Positions 18,366 to 28,100 of a DNA stretch of 39,436 nt are shown piece by piece; position 1 is the stretch's first letter; the number at the start of each line of letters is the position of its first letter. The position numbers were made by a program, and so were the translations under genes. Under the pieces are notes generated by a model. That model was not told where the DNA came from, made no database searches, and saw only the letters and a list, made by a program, of their open reading frames with translations. This DNA comes from a virus (taxonomy: Duplodnaviria > Heunggongvirae > Uroviricota > Caudoviricetes): the IMG/VR virus record IMGVR_UViG_2537561944_000032; one strand, given 5' to 3'.

Positions 18366-19006
18366 CGTACAGCCTCCGCAATCCGGCCCAGCACCGTGTT
18401 ATAAATCAGGCGTTCATCTGCCTGACTGATGCCCAACAGCTCACGTACCGGGTAATCGGTGAAAATGCCCGGCGCAACCTGATCGCGCTCACCGAACTGA
18501 TGAACGCGGGCAATACGTGCGGCCACGCCGCTGTAACCCACCGTCACACCGGAAGCATCTGCACGGGCTTTCAGGTAGCGGGCGGTGCGCAGTTTTACGA
18601 ACATGGGGACGCGCTTTGTGCTGTCCTGGTTGATGCGCCGGGTGCGTATTTCCAGAAAGCGGTCGATGTCATCCCGGTAAAACGTGCGGATATTGTTTTT
18701 ATCCTCATCCCACCCGGTAATGGTTCGCCCGTATTTCCCCGTGTCGTGATGCCAGTTTTTCAGCGTGCGTGCTTCGTTATTCCAGATAAAGCGAATGCGC
18801 TCCTGTATCCGGGTTACGCGGCGTCTGCGTGGTGTCCACGCGGTCCCGTCCGGCGCTTTCTGTGACCGGATACGCGCCTGCTGGGCGCGGCGTAAATCCT
18901 GTGCCAGCTTTCTGGCGATGTTATTGATGGCCTGCTGATTCAGGCTGTCGCGGATAGCCTCAAAGGTTTCATCCACGCGGGTGAATGCCTTATCCATCGC
19001 TTTCAC
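18362..19006 (-). CDS. S: tail completion / virion morphogenesis protein gpS-like
   Basis: Basic 214-aa ORF between R and V in conserved P2 order. Confidence 0.7.
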   Translation of the reverse strand: MKAMDKAFTRVDETFEAIRDSLNQQAINNIARKLAQDLRRAQQARIRSQKAPDGTAWTPRRRRVTRIQERIRFIWNNEARTLKNWHHDTGKYGRTITGWDEDKNNIRTFYRDDIDRFLEIRTRRINQDSTKRVPMFVKLRTARYLKARADASGVTVGYSGVAARIARVHQFGERDQVAPGIFTDYPVRELLGISQADERLIYNTVLGRIAEAVR

Positions 19007-19457
19007 CCCACGTCACATCCTGGAATACATGCGACCAGTCGCCTTCGGAAGATGGCAGACGGGGTTTTGGCTCCTGCAGGTGTTCTGCCTGCGGTGCCCC
19101 CTGACTGCTGCGCGTGATGCGAACGCGTTCCCGCAGAGGGAGCGTAAACAGGAGATCGGCGCTGTCATCGTCATTGATAACGGCGGAGAATTTGATGTCC
19201 TGATTACGCTCCGGATTAAGCAACAATTGCGGCTGATTTTCGGATAACCACGCCAGTAGCGGCAGCGTGAGGTCGTCCAGCTCCCCGGCGTAATCCATGA
19301 CAAACATCACCATCTGATAGCGGTAAACAAACGAGGGCGTTTCTCCGGTCGTTTCAATGTTGCCGCTCTCCACGAAAATGGTGAATTTTTCCGGGTTGGC
19401 CTGACACCAGCGACACCCATGAATCATGCCCTTCCGGAGGCTGTTTGTCTTAAGCAT
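18990..19457 (-). CDS. R: tail completion protein gpR-like
   Basis: 155 aa from Met at 19457 (MLKTNSLRKG...), AGGAG RBS; resembles P2 gpR N-terminus (MLKPDSLRR...) and LAWL.ENQP motif. Confidence 0.8.
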   Translation of the reverse strand: MLKTNSLRKGMIHGCRWCQANPEKFTIFVESGNIETTGETPSFVYRYQMVMFVMDYAGELDDLTLPLLAWLSENQPQLLLNPERNQDIKFSAVINDDDSADLLFTLPLRERVRITRSSQGAPQAEHLQEPKPRLPSSEGDWSHVFQDVTWGESDG

Positions 19458-19480
19458 CTGTTTTGCTCTCCTGTTCATCC

Positions 19481-21358
19481 TTACGCTGCAGGACTATTTA
19501 TTTCCAGCACCAGACTTTCTATCTCAACGCCATACGTTGCATTTTTGGTAATATCCGTCAGCGTCAGTGCATTCAGCCCCAGTGTCAGACTGTCTTTTAT
19601 GACCTGGAATGCCGGGCCAGCCACTCCATTCAGTTTCGGAGTAACCGTGGCACTGCTGGCGGTGAACACCAGCTCCAGCGTCTGCCAGTCGTTACTGTAA
19701 TTCCCGAACTCGCCCAACTTTGTGTTTCCTGCTTTCTTGTGATGCATCAGATTCAGTTTGCCGTCTGTGGTCTGGGTGAAGAACGACATCAGGAACGGGT
19801 TACCAGTCCCGGTCATCGCCACGACGTCAGGTAACGCTACATCGGTATACAGATAAATTCCCAGACCGAACTGATTGTTGGTCAGTGCGCCTGACAGGCG
19901 GAACTTACAGGTCAGTCTGCCGCCCTGTGTCAGCAGGGTAATTGCGTCATCCACCGGATGCGTCAGGGACCAGGTTTTATTGCTCTGCTTGGTGATCTTA
20001 AATACACCATCTGACAACTGAATTCCGCCATCCTTAATGCTCCAGCCCTGCGCAGCAGCCTCTCCGGCTGCCGGCAGCAGGGAGATTGTGCGAACGGACG
20101 TATCTGCAGACGGACCCGATGGCGTGTTGCCGCCGGGCGAGGGTTTGATTTCCGGTGCCTTACCACTGATGAAGGCTAAGGTGCGACCGGCTACGTTCAG
20201 AATAGCGGTTGCCATACGATCCGGAATAATGCTCCTGCGCGCCCATGAACTGAAATGCGTCTGGCGATTTGATGATACCCAGTTTTTGTTCGTTCGGGAT
20301 GCCGAACCGTAATATCCCTCACTTGCAGCATCCGGATCTTCCGTTGGTGCGTTGGTGGAGGTATTGTTGCCACTACCATCGGTCAGGAATGGCACAAAGA
20401 AAACGTTGTCGCTCTCCCTGTTTTTGTACGCCCCGTAAATGGTGTCGTACTGCGTGCCGTAGGTGTTTTTCCAGTAATACGTCGTGTCACCACAAATCCA
20501 TGGCACACTTGCCGCTCTGCCTCCATGACACTGCGTGTTAAACTCGGTAATGTCCGCACGAAACTGTTTCAGCATGGCCGCAAACAGCGGAGGTTGCTGT
20601 GAGTACGTAGCGGCGCTCATGTCAAATTCGCCCTGCATCCAGCATACGGCCAGCAGCATGTTTTTTGGGTTTTTCTGCAATGCGGCCTTCGTGCGCAAAA
20701 TCAGGTCCTGATATAAAGGTTTACCCACACCCCAGCGAGCCGAATCCTGACTGGCTCCTGTGGACTCGCTGAATGTCCCCTCCGCGCCCTGGGTGAATGC
20801 CGAACCACCACGACAGCATGGAACCAGTAAAATCCCGGCATTCTGTGGAATGTAAGGCAACAGGCGTTTGGCAATATGCAAGCCCTGTCCGACACAGCCA
20901 TACTGCCCTTTGCTCAGGTCTGCATTCGGGTGATTCAGTACGCTCATATCCTGAACATCATGCAGGCAGTGATCTGCCGGAATGATGTCGTTAAATGCGC
21001 ATGCTTTACCACCGGGAGTCACTGTGTTGCGACGGGCCAGTTGCTTAATGCGTGGGTGGGGCGCATCGTAAGAATCCGGCAGCGGCATTCCCTCACCATA
21101 TGACATGGCATTGGATTGACCAGCAAGTACCACCACGTAATACCACTCCGGCACGCTGCCGTGCTGGGGGGAATCAGGTGAGATGTCTGTAGTGCCATCG
21201 GCCACCATTGCCTGCATTAGATACCACGGGGTGCCGGGTTCGTAGGCAACCCGCGTCTCCCCCTGAAGATGCCACCCTTTCGCAAGATGTTCATTCACCT
21301 TTTGAGTCAGTTCAGCCTGTGTCATGGCTGTAATCAGTGCAAAGTTCTTACTGGTCAT
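19481..21358 (-). CDS. prophage NanS-p-like protein: N-terminal DUF1737 + SGNH-hydrolase/sialate O-acetylesterase-like domain + C-terminal beta-rich domain (625 aa); cargo gene
   Basis: N-terminus MTSKNFALITAMTQAELTQKVNEHLAKGW resembles DUF1737; VVLAGQSNAMSYG contains the GQSN motif of the DUF303/SASA esterase family; inserted between lysC and R, which are adjacent in P2. Confidence 0.7.
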   Translation of the reverse strand: MTSKNFALITAMTQAELTQKVNEHLAKGWHLQGETRVAYEPGTPWYLMQAMVADGTTDISPDSPQHGSVPEWYYVVVLAGQSNAMSYGEGMPLPDSYDAPHPRIKQLARRNTVTPGGKACAFNDIIPADHCLHDVQDMSVLNHPNADLSKGQYGCVGQGLHIAKRLLPYIPQNAGILLVPCCRGGSAFTQGAEGTFSESTGASQDSARWGVGKPLYQDLILRTKAALQKNPKNMLLAVCWMQGEFDMSAATYSQQPPLFAAMLKQFRADITEFNTQCHGGRAASVPWICGDTTYYWKNTYGTQYDTIYGAYKNRESDNVFFVPFLTDGSGNNTSTNAPTEDPDAASEGYYGSASRTNKNWVSSNRQTHFSSWARRSIIPDRMATAILNVAGRTLAFISGKAPEIKPSPGGNTPSGPSADTSVRTISLLPAAGEAAAQGWSIKDGGIQLSDGVFKITKQSNKTWSLTHPVDDAITLLTQGGRLTCKFRLSGALTNNQFGLGIYLYTDVALPDVVAMTGTGNPFLMSFFTQTTDGKLNLMHHKKAGNTKLGEFGNYSNDWQTLELVFTASSATVTPKLNGVAGPAFQVIKDSLTLGLNALTLTDITKNATYGVEIESLVLEINSPAA

Positions 21359-21636
21359 TGTGTTACTCCCGTCTGGTGTGTCAGTTCGGCTATTCTCTTA
21401 TCCAGTTCAGCAATGGCCCGTTTATCCGCGTTACAGGTTTCCAGTGCATCCAGAAGGCGGTCGCCCCATATTCCGAGGTTTCCCCATGTGGGTTGGTCAG
21501 GGAAGGGGGGAGGCGTTACCGGCATGGTCAGCGTCTGCGGTATAAGCCGGACTGACGGCGCTGGCCGTGGCGCGTTCTGCGTGCCTGCGCAACCTGTCAG
21601 TAAAACGAGCGTCAGGCAAAGCGTGGGCGCATTCAT
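21355..21636 (-). CDS. o-spanin lipoprotein (LysC/Rz1-like)
   Basis: Met at 21636 gives MNAPTLCLTLVLLTGCAG with lipobox LLTGC; Pro-rich mature part; overlaps 3' end of i-spanin gene in another frame. Confidence 0.75.
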   Translation of the reverse strand: MNAPTLCLTLVLLTGCAGTQNAPRPAPSVRLIPQTLTMPVTPPPFPDQPTWGNLGIWGDRLLDALETCNADKRAIAELDKRIAELTHQTGVTQ

Positions 21637-21904
21637 CTTTTGCAATATCGTTGCGTAGCTGTTCACGTCTTACCTCTCCGTCCTGATTGCGTTGCTGATT
21701 GTCCGCGCGGAGTTGAGCCAGCACCTGCTGCATATCCTGTACCCCGGCGCTGATGATATTCAGTGTGTCGACGGTACTTTTCAGGGTGCTGGCCTGCGCT
21801 TCGTTTCTGGCGTTCTCCCGGCCCAGCGACCACGACAGACGCATGGATGTTCCCCATGCGGCAATCAGAAGGAAAGCGACGCCAAGCGTGGGCCAGAGCT
21901 TCAT
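21497..21904 (-). CDS. i-spanin (LysB/Rz-like)
   Basis: Met at 21904 gives N-terminal TM segment (MKLWPTLGVAFLLIAAWG) followed by coiled-coil-rich periplasmic domain; downstream of endolysin. Confidence 0.7.
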   Translation of the reverse strand: MKLWPTLGVAFLLIAAWGTSMRLSWSLGRENARNEAQASTLKSTVDTLNIISAGVQDMQQVLAQLRADNQQRNQDGEVRREQLRNDIAKDECAHALPDARFTDRLRRHAERATASAVSPAYTADADHAGNASPLP

Positions 21905-22293
21905 GCCGGATAGGCTCCGTGTGGTAACTGAAAATGCGGTCCGTCTTTCAGGGTCTTCCAGTCGCCGCCCCATTCCACCGGAATATTCAGTTCCCGGCTG
22001 GCCTGTCTGAATGCTGCTGCGATTTTTTCGTACAGCGGCCATTCCCATGACACCTGGCTGCCAACATAAGCCACAACATCCACGGCATGCCCTGTGAGAT
22101 GGCGACTGTTCATGGTCTGGCTCTTGCCTGTGGTCACGAGCTGCTTCTGACGATAACGACTGCGCAATCCTTCGGTGATACCAAAATCCACTTCCGAGAT
22201 TTCCAGCGCCCGTCGGGTCACTTTCACCAGATCAGGATTTACACCCTGCAAATTCTTTTCGCTTCGGCTGCTGAATTTAAATGTGTTGCTCAT
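21901..22293 (-). CDS. endolysin, peptidase M15-family (L-alanyl-D-glutamate peptidase-like)
   Basis: 130-aa ORF with H...D...H metal-binding pattern (SRHLTGHAVDV...GPHFQL); strong RBS AAGGAGAGGA; ATGA overlap with holin stop. Confidence 0.75.
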   Translation of the reverse strand: MSNTFKFSSRSEKNLQGVNPDLVKVTRRALEISEVDFGITEGLRSRYRQKQLVTTGKSQTMNSRHLTGHAVDVVAYVGSQVSWEWPLYEKIAAAFRQASRELNIPVEWGGDWKTLKDGPHFQLPHGAYPA

Positions 22294-22613
22294 TCGTTCC
22301 TCTCCTTCACCCTGCGATCAAATATTGCAATAACCTTGTCGCGTGCTTTCTCTGCGCCCATAAAACCGATTGAGGCACCAAAAAACGTCACTGCATCCTC
22401 AGGGATCCCGAAGAAGCGCAGCGACCCGGCCACGGCCATGGCAAGAACGCCGCACGCCAGCGATCCCGTTACGGTCTGAACCAGTGTTCGTCCGTCATAA
22501 AGACTCATCAGCGCGGAAATGCTGACAGCCGCGCCTACTGCATACACCGTTGGCAGGTGGTCAAAGAGCCACGCAATAACCTGCTCTGTGATCCCTGTTT
22601 GAATGGTGCTCAC
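22290..22613 (-). CDS. holin (P2 gpY-like position)
   Basis: GTG start at 22613 with GGGGGAG RBS; about 107 aa with hydrophobic helices; immediately upstream of endolysin. The ORF-track N-terminal extension overlaps gene X and is rejected. Confidence 0.6.
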   Translation of the reverse strand: MSTIQTGITEQVIAWLFDHLPTVYAVGAAVSISALMSLYDGRTLVQTVTGSLACGVLAMAVAGSLRFFGIPEDAVTFFGASIGFMGAEKARDKVIAIFDRRVKERNE

Positions 22614-22615
22614 TG

Positions 22616-22822
22616 CTACTCCCCCCACAACTGAATCATTTCTCGTTTCTTCTTCTCCGGCTCCGGCATCTCCACTTCCTGCCCGGCGTCCAGAAATACC
22701 TGCTGACAGAGTCCGGGGTTGGCATCCAGCACCTTTTCGGTGACGCCCCGTGTCGTGCCGTAGTACCGGAAACAGAGCGAATCCACGGTGTCGCCTTCCA
22801 GTGCCTTCACTTTCATCAGCAC
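22616..22822 (-). CDS. X: tail protein X (LysM-like, P2 gpX)
   Basis: 68-aa ORF MLMKVKALEGDTVDSLCFRYYGTTRGVTEKVLDANPGL... matches P2 gpX pattern; between L and the lysis genes. Confidence 0.85.
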   Translation of the reverse strand: MLMKVKALEGDTVDSLCFRYYGTTRGVTEKVLDANPGLCQQVFLDAGQEVEMPEPEKKKREMIQLWGE

Positions 22823-23319
22823 AGCTCCGCAAACATTCGCGGTCGTCCCAGAATGTCAGAGATGGCCCAGCTCACATCGCGCCACAAATCCGATGTCTGT
22901 ATATCCAGTGCGTCCGCCCGGCGGTCGCCCTTGTCCGTTGTGTCCGCATCGCGGTAACGCTCCAGAATCAGGGCGCGTGTGGCGGTATAAACAGCATTGC
23001 GCCAGTGCCAGAGATTGACGCTTTCTCCGTTAATTACAGGGGCCGGAACATCGGCCAGCGTCTGATAGCCAGCCGCCTGTTGTTCCTGCTGCCATGCTTC
23101 CAGCTCGCGGGTAACGTGTGCTATGGCCCCGGTGGCGGTATGCAGCAGGCGGGAGGTGGTCACGCGGCCCGGCAGTCGTACCGCCAGACGCAGCTCACGC
23201 AGCACAATATCCGGCCAGAATGCACCCGCTGAAATGCGAGTGTCGCCATCATCGGTATCGGTGATGTCGTCCTCTGCGGGGCCGGGGTTAGTTCTGGCAA
23301 CCATACTCATGGGGTTCAC
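22816..23319 (-). CDS. L: head completion/stabilisation protein gpL-like
   Basis: 167-aa ORF after M; P2 gpL is 169 aa. Confidence 0.8.
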   Translation of the reverse strand: MNPMSMVARTNPGPAEDDITDTDDGDTRISAGAFWPDIVLRELRLAVRLPGRVTTSRLLHTATGAIAHVTRELEAWQQEQQAAGYQTLADVPAPVINGESVNLWHWRNAVYTATRALILERYRDADTTDKGDRRADALDIQTSDLWRDVSWAISDILGRPRMFAELC

Positions 23320-23411
23320 TCCTGAAAAAATCGGGCGGTGGGTGCGCGGTGTAAACGGTCACGGAGTCAAACCGGAACACCGCGCACGCCGCCCGCTGAC
23401 GGGGTCAGTCG

Positions 23412-24212
23412 TTAACCGCGCTTTGCCTTCTGCGTCGCGGTGGTTTTTCGTGTTGCAGGCTTCCGCGTTGTCTTTTTATTTTTGCTGCTTTCGTCCTGCG
23501 CCTGCTGTGCGCTGGCGTCTTCTGGTTCGGCTGCGGAATCGGCTTTTTTCAGGGCGCGGGAAAGGGTTGCAATCTCGCGTTTCACACCTGCGTTCGGGTT
23601 CAGGTGCATCGCTTCGCGCAGCAGCTTCAGTGATGAGGCCATGTTGTCTGCATCGGTCAGGCCACGACGGGCAAAGGCACACGCCTTGCATAATTTGGCG
23701 CGCACTTCGTCCGGAATGTCCTGGTTGGCGACAATTTCCCAAAGTGTGTCCAGTGGTTCGATAAAGGCGGATAAATCCGCGTCGGCATCCGTCCCAGCCT
23801 GCGTCAGTACCGGGTTGCAGATTTCTTCGGTCAGTACCGTGGCAGCAGTACGGCCAAAGTTATCCGGCATGATGAGGTTGTGACGGACCACATATGCACC
23901 AATACGCAGCGCCAGCGGAAGATCGCCGCAGTCAATCGCCCACACCATCAGCGTGGCAATTACTTCGTCCTGTTGCCCGCCGTCAGCCTCCAGCGTTCCC
24001 TCAATCCAGCCGGAAAAGTCCGGCAACAACTCTTTTTTGATGGCGGCTTTCGCGCTTCTGGCCTGTATGGCCTTTAGCCTGGCCTGTGCCAGACGCAGAC
24101 GATACAGCACTTCTTCATGCGCGGTACACGCGGCGTGGTCCACACCTTCATTCGCCCGGCCTGCGCGCTGTGCCATCACGTTCTGCCAGTGTTGTTGTGC
24201 AGGAGTAATCAT
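23412..24212 (-). CDS. M: terminase small (endonuclease) subunit gpM-like
   Basis: 266-aa ORF between N and L with basic Lys/Arg-rich C-terminal tail; P2 order O-N-M-L. Confidence 0.8.
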   Translation of the reverse strand: MITPAQQHWQNVMAQRAGRANEGVDHAACTAHEEVLYRLRLAQARLKAIQARSAKAAIKKELLPDFSGWIEGTLEADGGQQDEVIATLMVWAIDCGDLPLALRIGAYVVRHNLIMPDNFGRTAATVLTEEICNPVLTQAGTDADADLSAFIEPLDTLWEIVANQDIPDEVRAKLCKACAFARRGLTDADNMASSLKLLREAMHLNPNAGVKREIATLSRALKKADSAAEPEDASAQQAQDESSKNKKTTRKPATRKTTATQKAKRG

Positions 24213-24257
24213 TTTTTCTCTCCGTTACAGGCGGGCATGATGCCCGCCGTGAGTTGA

Positions 24258-25310
24258 TTAGCTGTCGGCGAACTTCAGGCCAGTGACCATCGCGCACTTG
24301 CCATAGTCTTCAACGACATAAGCGTCATTGATGGACTGGTAGGTGGCGATGCGGTTGTATTCCGGCTCGTCTTTCATCAGACGACGCATTGAACCTTTCT
24401 GCCAGTAAATCGACAGGTTGTTGAACGAGGTGATAAGCATCGTTGCATCCGGGAAGAACGGCGCAAGGAACACGCCCAGCCCGCCAATGGTGCGCGATGA
24501 CAGGATGAGCTGCCCGGCAAGTAATTCCGCATTGGGATTCTGGCCGCTGATGCTGTTCAGCACGGGCAGACGCAGCGAGTTAAACAGGTTGCGCCCCATA
24601 ATCACCACGAGGTCGTCAGCTTCCTTGTGCCATTCATCCAGCAGGGATGAGCGCGCATCCTGTACCAGAGCATCGGCATTCGCATACTTACCCGCGTGCG
24701 CCACAGTGTTGTCCATGTTGCGGGAGGTCAGCGTCACGTCATTCATTACGCGCTCGCTGGCATCGGTTCTGATGTGCTCCAGCCAGCCCACGTTAACGTC
24801 CTGAAGCAGCTTGTTGGTGTGAAAATCAGACTCGTAGGCGTGGGATGTGCCGTTAAAGCCAATCATGATGCGATCAAGCGCTACCTGCCGGGCGATCTGT
24901 GTACTGATACGGGACTGAAAATCGCTGTGGGCCGCCCAGGTATCAAGCTGTGGGTACGAAATAAAGGTATCGTAGTTCACCTGTTCGCACTGGTACTGAC
25001 GAGACTTCATATCGATCACGTTATTCGGGTTACGGCGTTTGATGCCGTCATAACTGCTATTCGTGCGCGCAATTGGCCCGGTGGTGTCCGGGAGGATTTT
25101 TTCGCCTTTCTGGTCGGTCACGCCGATCACGTTAATTCTTTTCGTAAATTCGGTACTTTCCTTTGAGGCGTTTTCAAAACGCTGCTGCACCGCGGGTTCC
25201 ACGGTAAATCGCGATACCAGTGCAGATACCGGGATATTGTTAAGCGACGCCTGCTGCGCCATATAGCAACCCAGCTTGTTGCGGGTAATATCTGACATCA
25301 CCAGATTCAT
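24258..25310 (-). CDS. N: major capsid protein gpN-like
   Basis: 350-aa ORF with clear similarity to P2 gpN as I recall it (KFTVEP...; LITSFNNLSIYWQ; YVVEDYG). Confidence 0.9.
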   Translation of the reverse strand: MNLVMSDITRNKLGCYMAQQASLNNIPVSALVSRFTVEPAVQQRFENASKESTEFTKRINVIGVTDQKGEKILPDTTGPIARTNSSYDGIKRRNPNNVIDMKSRQYQCEQVNYDTFISYPQLDTWAAHSDFQSRISTQIARQVALDRIMIGFNGTSHAYESDFHTNKLLQDVNVGWLEHIRTDASERVMNDVTLTSRNMDNTVAHAGKYANADALVQDARSSLLDEWHKEADDLVVIMGRNLFNSLRLPVLNSISGQNPNAELLAGQLILSSRTIGGLGVFLAPFFPDATMLITSFNNLSIYWQKGSMRRLMKDEPEYNRIATYQSINDAYVVEDYGKCAMVTGLKFADS

Positions 25311-25333
25311 AAAAAATTTGCTCCTTTGTCTTA

Positions 25334-26170
25334 TCAGAAGTCAGCCAGCTGGTCGGAGGCTGCGCCCGTTGCGGTGAAGCGGTTCTGCGGATCGCCGTCC
25401 TGCGTGCGCAGTTTTTCCTTCAGTGCTGTCAGCTCTGTGGTCAGTGACGTGATTTTCTGGCGGTCCTGCTGATGGCGGGTTTCCAGCACATTAAAACGGT
25501 CGATAATGTCGACCTGTGATGTTGCAACGCCTTCCACCGCTTCCTGAATACGGGAGAAACTGGCGTCATCCGCTTTGCGGCCACGACCAATAATCCCCAT
25601 TACGCGGTTAAACCACTGGGTGCCTTCTTCCTGGCGTTGTTCTGCCATTTCGATGATTTCAGACTCGATGGCTTCGGAGATAAGCGGTGCTTCACCCTGG
25701 ATACTGTTGAACGTCATCACCGCCTGACGCTGCTGTGCCGTGAATTTCAGGCGCTCAGTGCCCAGGCTTGCCGGGGTGTCGGTCATCGCCAGCCCGACCA
25801 GATAGGCACGCCCGTTAACGGAGAACTGCGGGTGCAGTTCGATACTGGAATAGATTTTCTTGCCGTCAGCGATAAGCTGCTTCATGCGCTCGGTCGGTTC
25901 GATTTCTGCATACAGCGCAGTACGTCCGGCCAGCGGGCCTTCCGTAATATCTTCCGTACTCAGCGCGGTGACATCGCCCATTGCGGAAAATTCGCTTGAC
26001 GGGCATGGCGAGAGATAGTGCTCAACGTTCACGCGGGCAGCGTAAACATCCGGGTTGAAGTTCTCGGCGGCTTCACGCAGATGTACCGGGCTGATTTCGC
26101 GGCCATCAACAGTTGATCCGGAGACAGCCACGCGAAACTTTTTGCGGGATGTCTTTTTTTCATTAGCCAT
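25334..26170 (-). CDS. O: capsid scaffolding protein gpO-like
   Basis: Met at 26170 (MANEKKTSRKKFRVAVSGSTVDGREIS...) with GAGGGG RBS; matches P2 gpO N-terminus and LVGLAMTDTPASLGTE block. Confidence 0.9.
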   Translation of the reverse strand: MANEKKTSRKKFRVAVSGSTVDGREISPVHLREAAENFNPDVYAARVNVEHYLSPCPSSEFSAMGDVTALSTEDITEGPLAGRTALYAEIEPTERMKQLIADGKKIYSSIELHPQFSVNGRAYLVGLAMTDTPASLGTERLKFTAQQRQAVMTFNSIQGEAPLISEAIESEIIEMAEQRQEEGTQWFNRVMGIIGRGRKADDASFSRIQEAVEGVATSQVDIIDRFNVLETRHQQDRQKITSLTTELTALKEKLRTQDGDPQNRFTATGAASDQLADF

Positions 26171-26324
26171 AGTTTTTGCCCCTCTGACTGGTTCTTCAGT
26201 CATGATGGCAAAGCGTAACAGGCTGATACAAAGGGATTTTGTTGTAAGAAAACGGCCAGAACAGGGGGTTAAGGAGAACAGTTTCGCGCGCGGGTAATCT
26301 TCCTGTAATTACTCAGGGGGAGCA

Positions 26325-28075
26325 ATGATTCAGGACGCTTTTGTGCGCCAGCGTGCGCGGCAACTTTACTGGCAGGGTTATCCGCCCGCAGAAATATCAC
26401 GTCTGATGGGAATAAACCCGAACACGATTTATGCGTGGAAAAAACGCGACCAGTGGGATGAAACGCCACCCGTGCAGCGTGTCACGCAGTCCATCGATGC
26501 GCGCCTCATCCAGCTTACTGAAAAACAGAATAAAACAGGCGGTGACTTTAAGGAAATAGACCTGCTGACCCGGCAGCTTAAAAAACTGCATGATGGCCAG
26601 CCGGATGCGACGGTCACAGGAAAGAAAGGCCGGGCGAAAAAACTCAAAAATCATTTCACGCCGGAACAGATTGCCGCACTGCGGGAAAAAATCATCAGCA
26701 GGCTGGAGTGGCATCAGCGGGGCTGGTTTGACTCCCTGACCCTTTGCAGGGAAGCCGGGATACGTAACAGGATGATCCTGAAATCCCGACAGATTGGGGC
26801 GACCTGGTATTTTGCACAGGAAGCTCTGCTGATGGCGCTGCGTGACGATGTGGCGCAACCTTACCAGCGTAACCAGATTTTTTTGCTGCGTCGCGTCGTC
26901 AGGCGTTCCAGTTTAAAAGCATTATTCAGAAGGCCGCGGCTGAAGTTGATGTGGAGCTGAAAGGGGGCGATAAAATCATCCTCTCCAACGGCGCAGAGCT
27001 GCATTTTCTCGGCACTTCTGCTGCGTCGGCACAGTCCTATACGGGCAATTTTTATTTTGATGAATTTTTCTGGGTCAGTCGCTTTGCTGAACTGCGCAAG
27101 GTGGCTGGCGCTATGGCAACCCTCAGCGGACTGCGGCGCACCTACTTCTCCACGCCATCCACCGAAACGCACGAGGCATACGCCTACTGGAACGGCGACC
27201 GCTGGAACGAGAAAAAGGCCACGCATAAACGCCAGCGTTTTTCTGTGGACTGGAAAACGCTGCATAACGGGCTTATCTGCCCTGACCGGACGTGGCGGCA
27301 AATTGTCACGCTGGAAGATGTGGTCAATCACGGCTGGAAACACACCGATATCGACGAAATTCGTGATGAAAACACCGAAGACGAGTTCCTCAATCTCTAT
27401 ATGTGTGAGTTTGTCCGCGAAGGGGAATCGGCATTTAACCTGAATATCCTGATTGGCTGCGGTGTTGACGGATACGACGACTGGAAAGACTGGAAACCTT
27501 TTGCTCCCCGCCCGATGGGGAATCGTCCGGTATGGATTGGGTATGACGCAAACGGCAGTAGTGGCAACGGCGACAGCGGCGCTGTGTCCGTGGTGGTTCC
27601 TCCGGCTGTTCCTGGTGGCCGTTTTCGAACGGTGGAGACGCGACGCGTTCAGGGGCTGGAGTTTGAAGAACAGGCCAGAGTCATTGAAGAGTTCACGTAT
27701 CGCTACAACGTGGAACACATCGGCATTGATGTGACGGGCGGGAACGGGGAGGCTGTTTATCAGATAGTGAAACGGTTTTTCCCTGCTGCTATTCCGTACA
27801 CCTTCACGCTGTCATCAAAACGGTCGCTGGTACTGAAAATGCTGCAAATAATGCGTGCCGGGCGGTGGGAATACGATCGCGCCGAACGCGAGCTGGTCGC
27901 GGCCTTTAACGCCGTGCGTAAGGTGAAAACACCGGGCGGCTTTATCACTTACGAAACGGACCGCGCGAGGGGGATCAGCCACGGCGACCTTGCGTGGGCA
28001 ACCATGCTTGCTGTCATTAACGAACCGATTGGCGGCGAAGGAGAAAACGAGCGTTTCACGGTTATGGAGTTCTGA
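26325..28075 (+). pseudogene. P: terminase large (ATPase) subunit gpP-like, split into two frames at a T7 homopolymer (frameshifted)
   Basis: ORF 26325..26960 matches the gpP N-terminus (ARQLYWQG...LKSRQIGATWYFA...NQIFL), then runs out of frame; ORF 26951..28075 in another frame continues the gpP alignment (VELKGG...RTYFSTPST...IGYD...FRTVE). Frame break is at the T-run 26878-26884. Confidence 0.85.
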
Positions 28076-28100
28076 TGAGCAGAAAAATAAAAAAGTGCGC

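Noticed and set aside
22614-22832. N-terminal 73-codon extension of the holin ORF (ORF-track call 22290..22832)
   Set aside because: The extension overlaps gene X in another frame and lacks an RBS, whereas the internal GTG at 22613 has a strong GGGGGAG RBS; holin called from 22613.
23123-23883. Plus-strand ORFs 23123..23764 and 23440..23883 opposite the terminase small subunit gene
   Set aside because: Antisense to gpM-like gene; Arg/Ser/Ala-rich translation; no independent support.
26204-26324. Search for P2-type late promoter motif (TGT-N12-ACA activator site) in the O/P divergent spacer and upstream of FI
   Set aside because: No exact match found by eye at the correct spacing; late promoters are probably present but cannot be pinpointed without alignment to characterised promoters.
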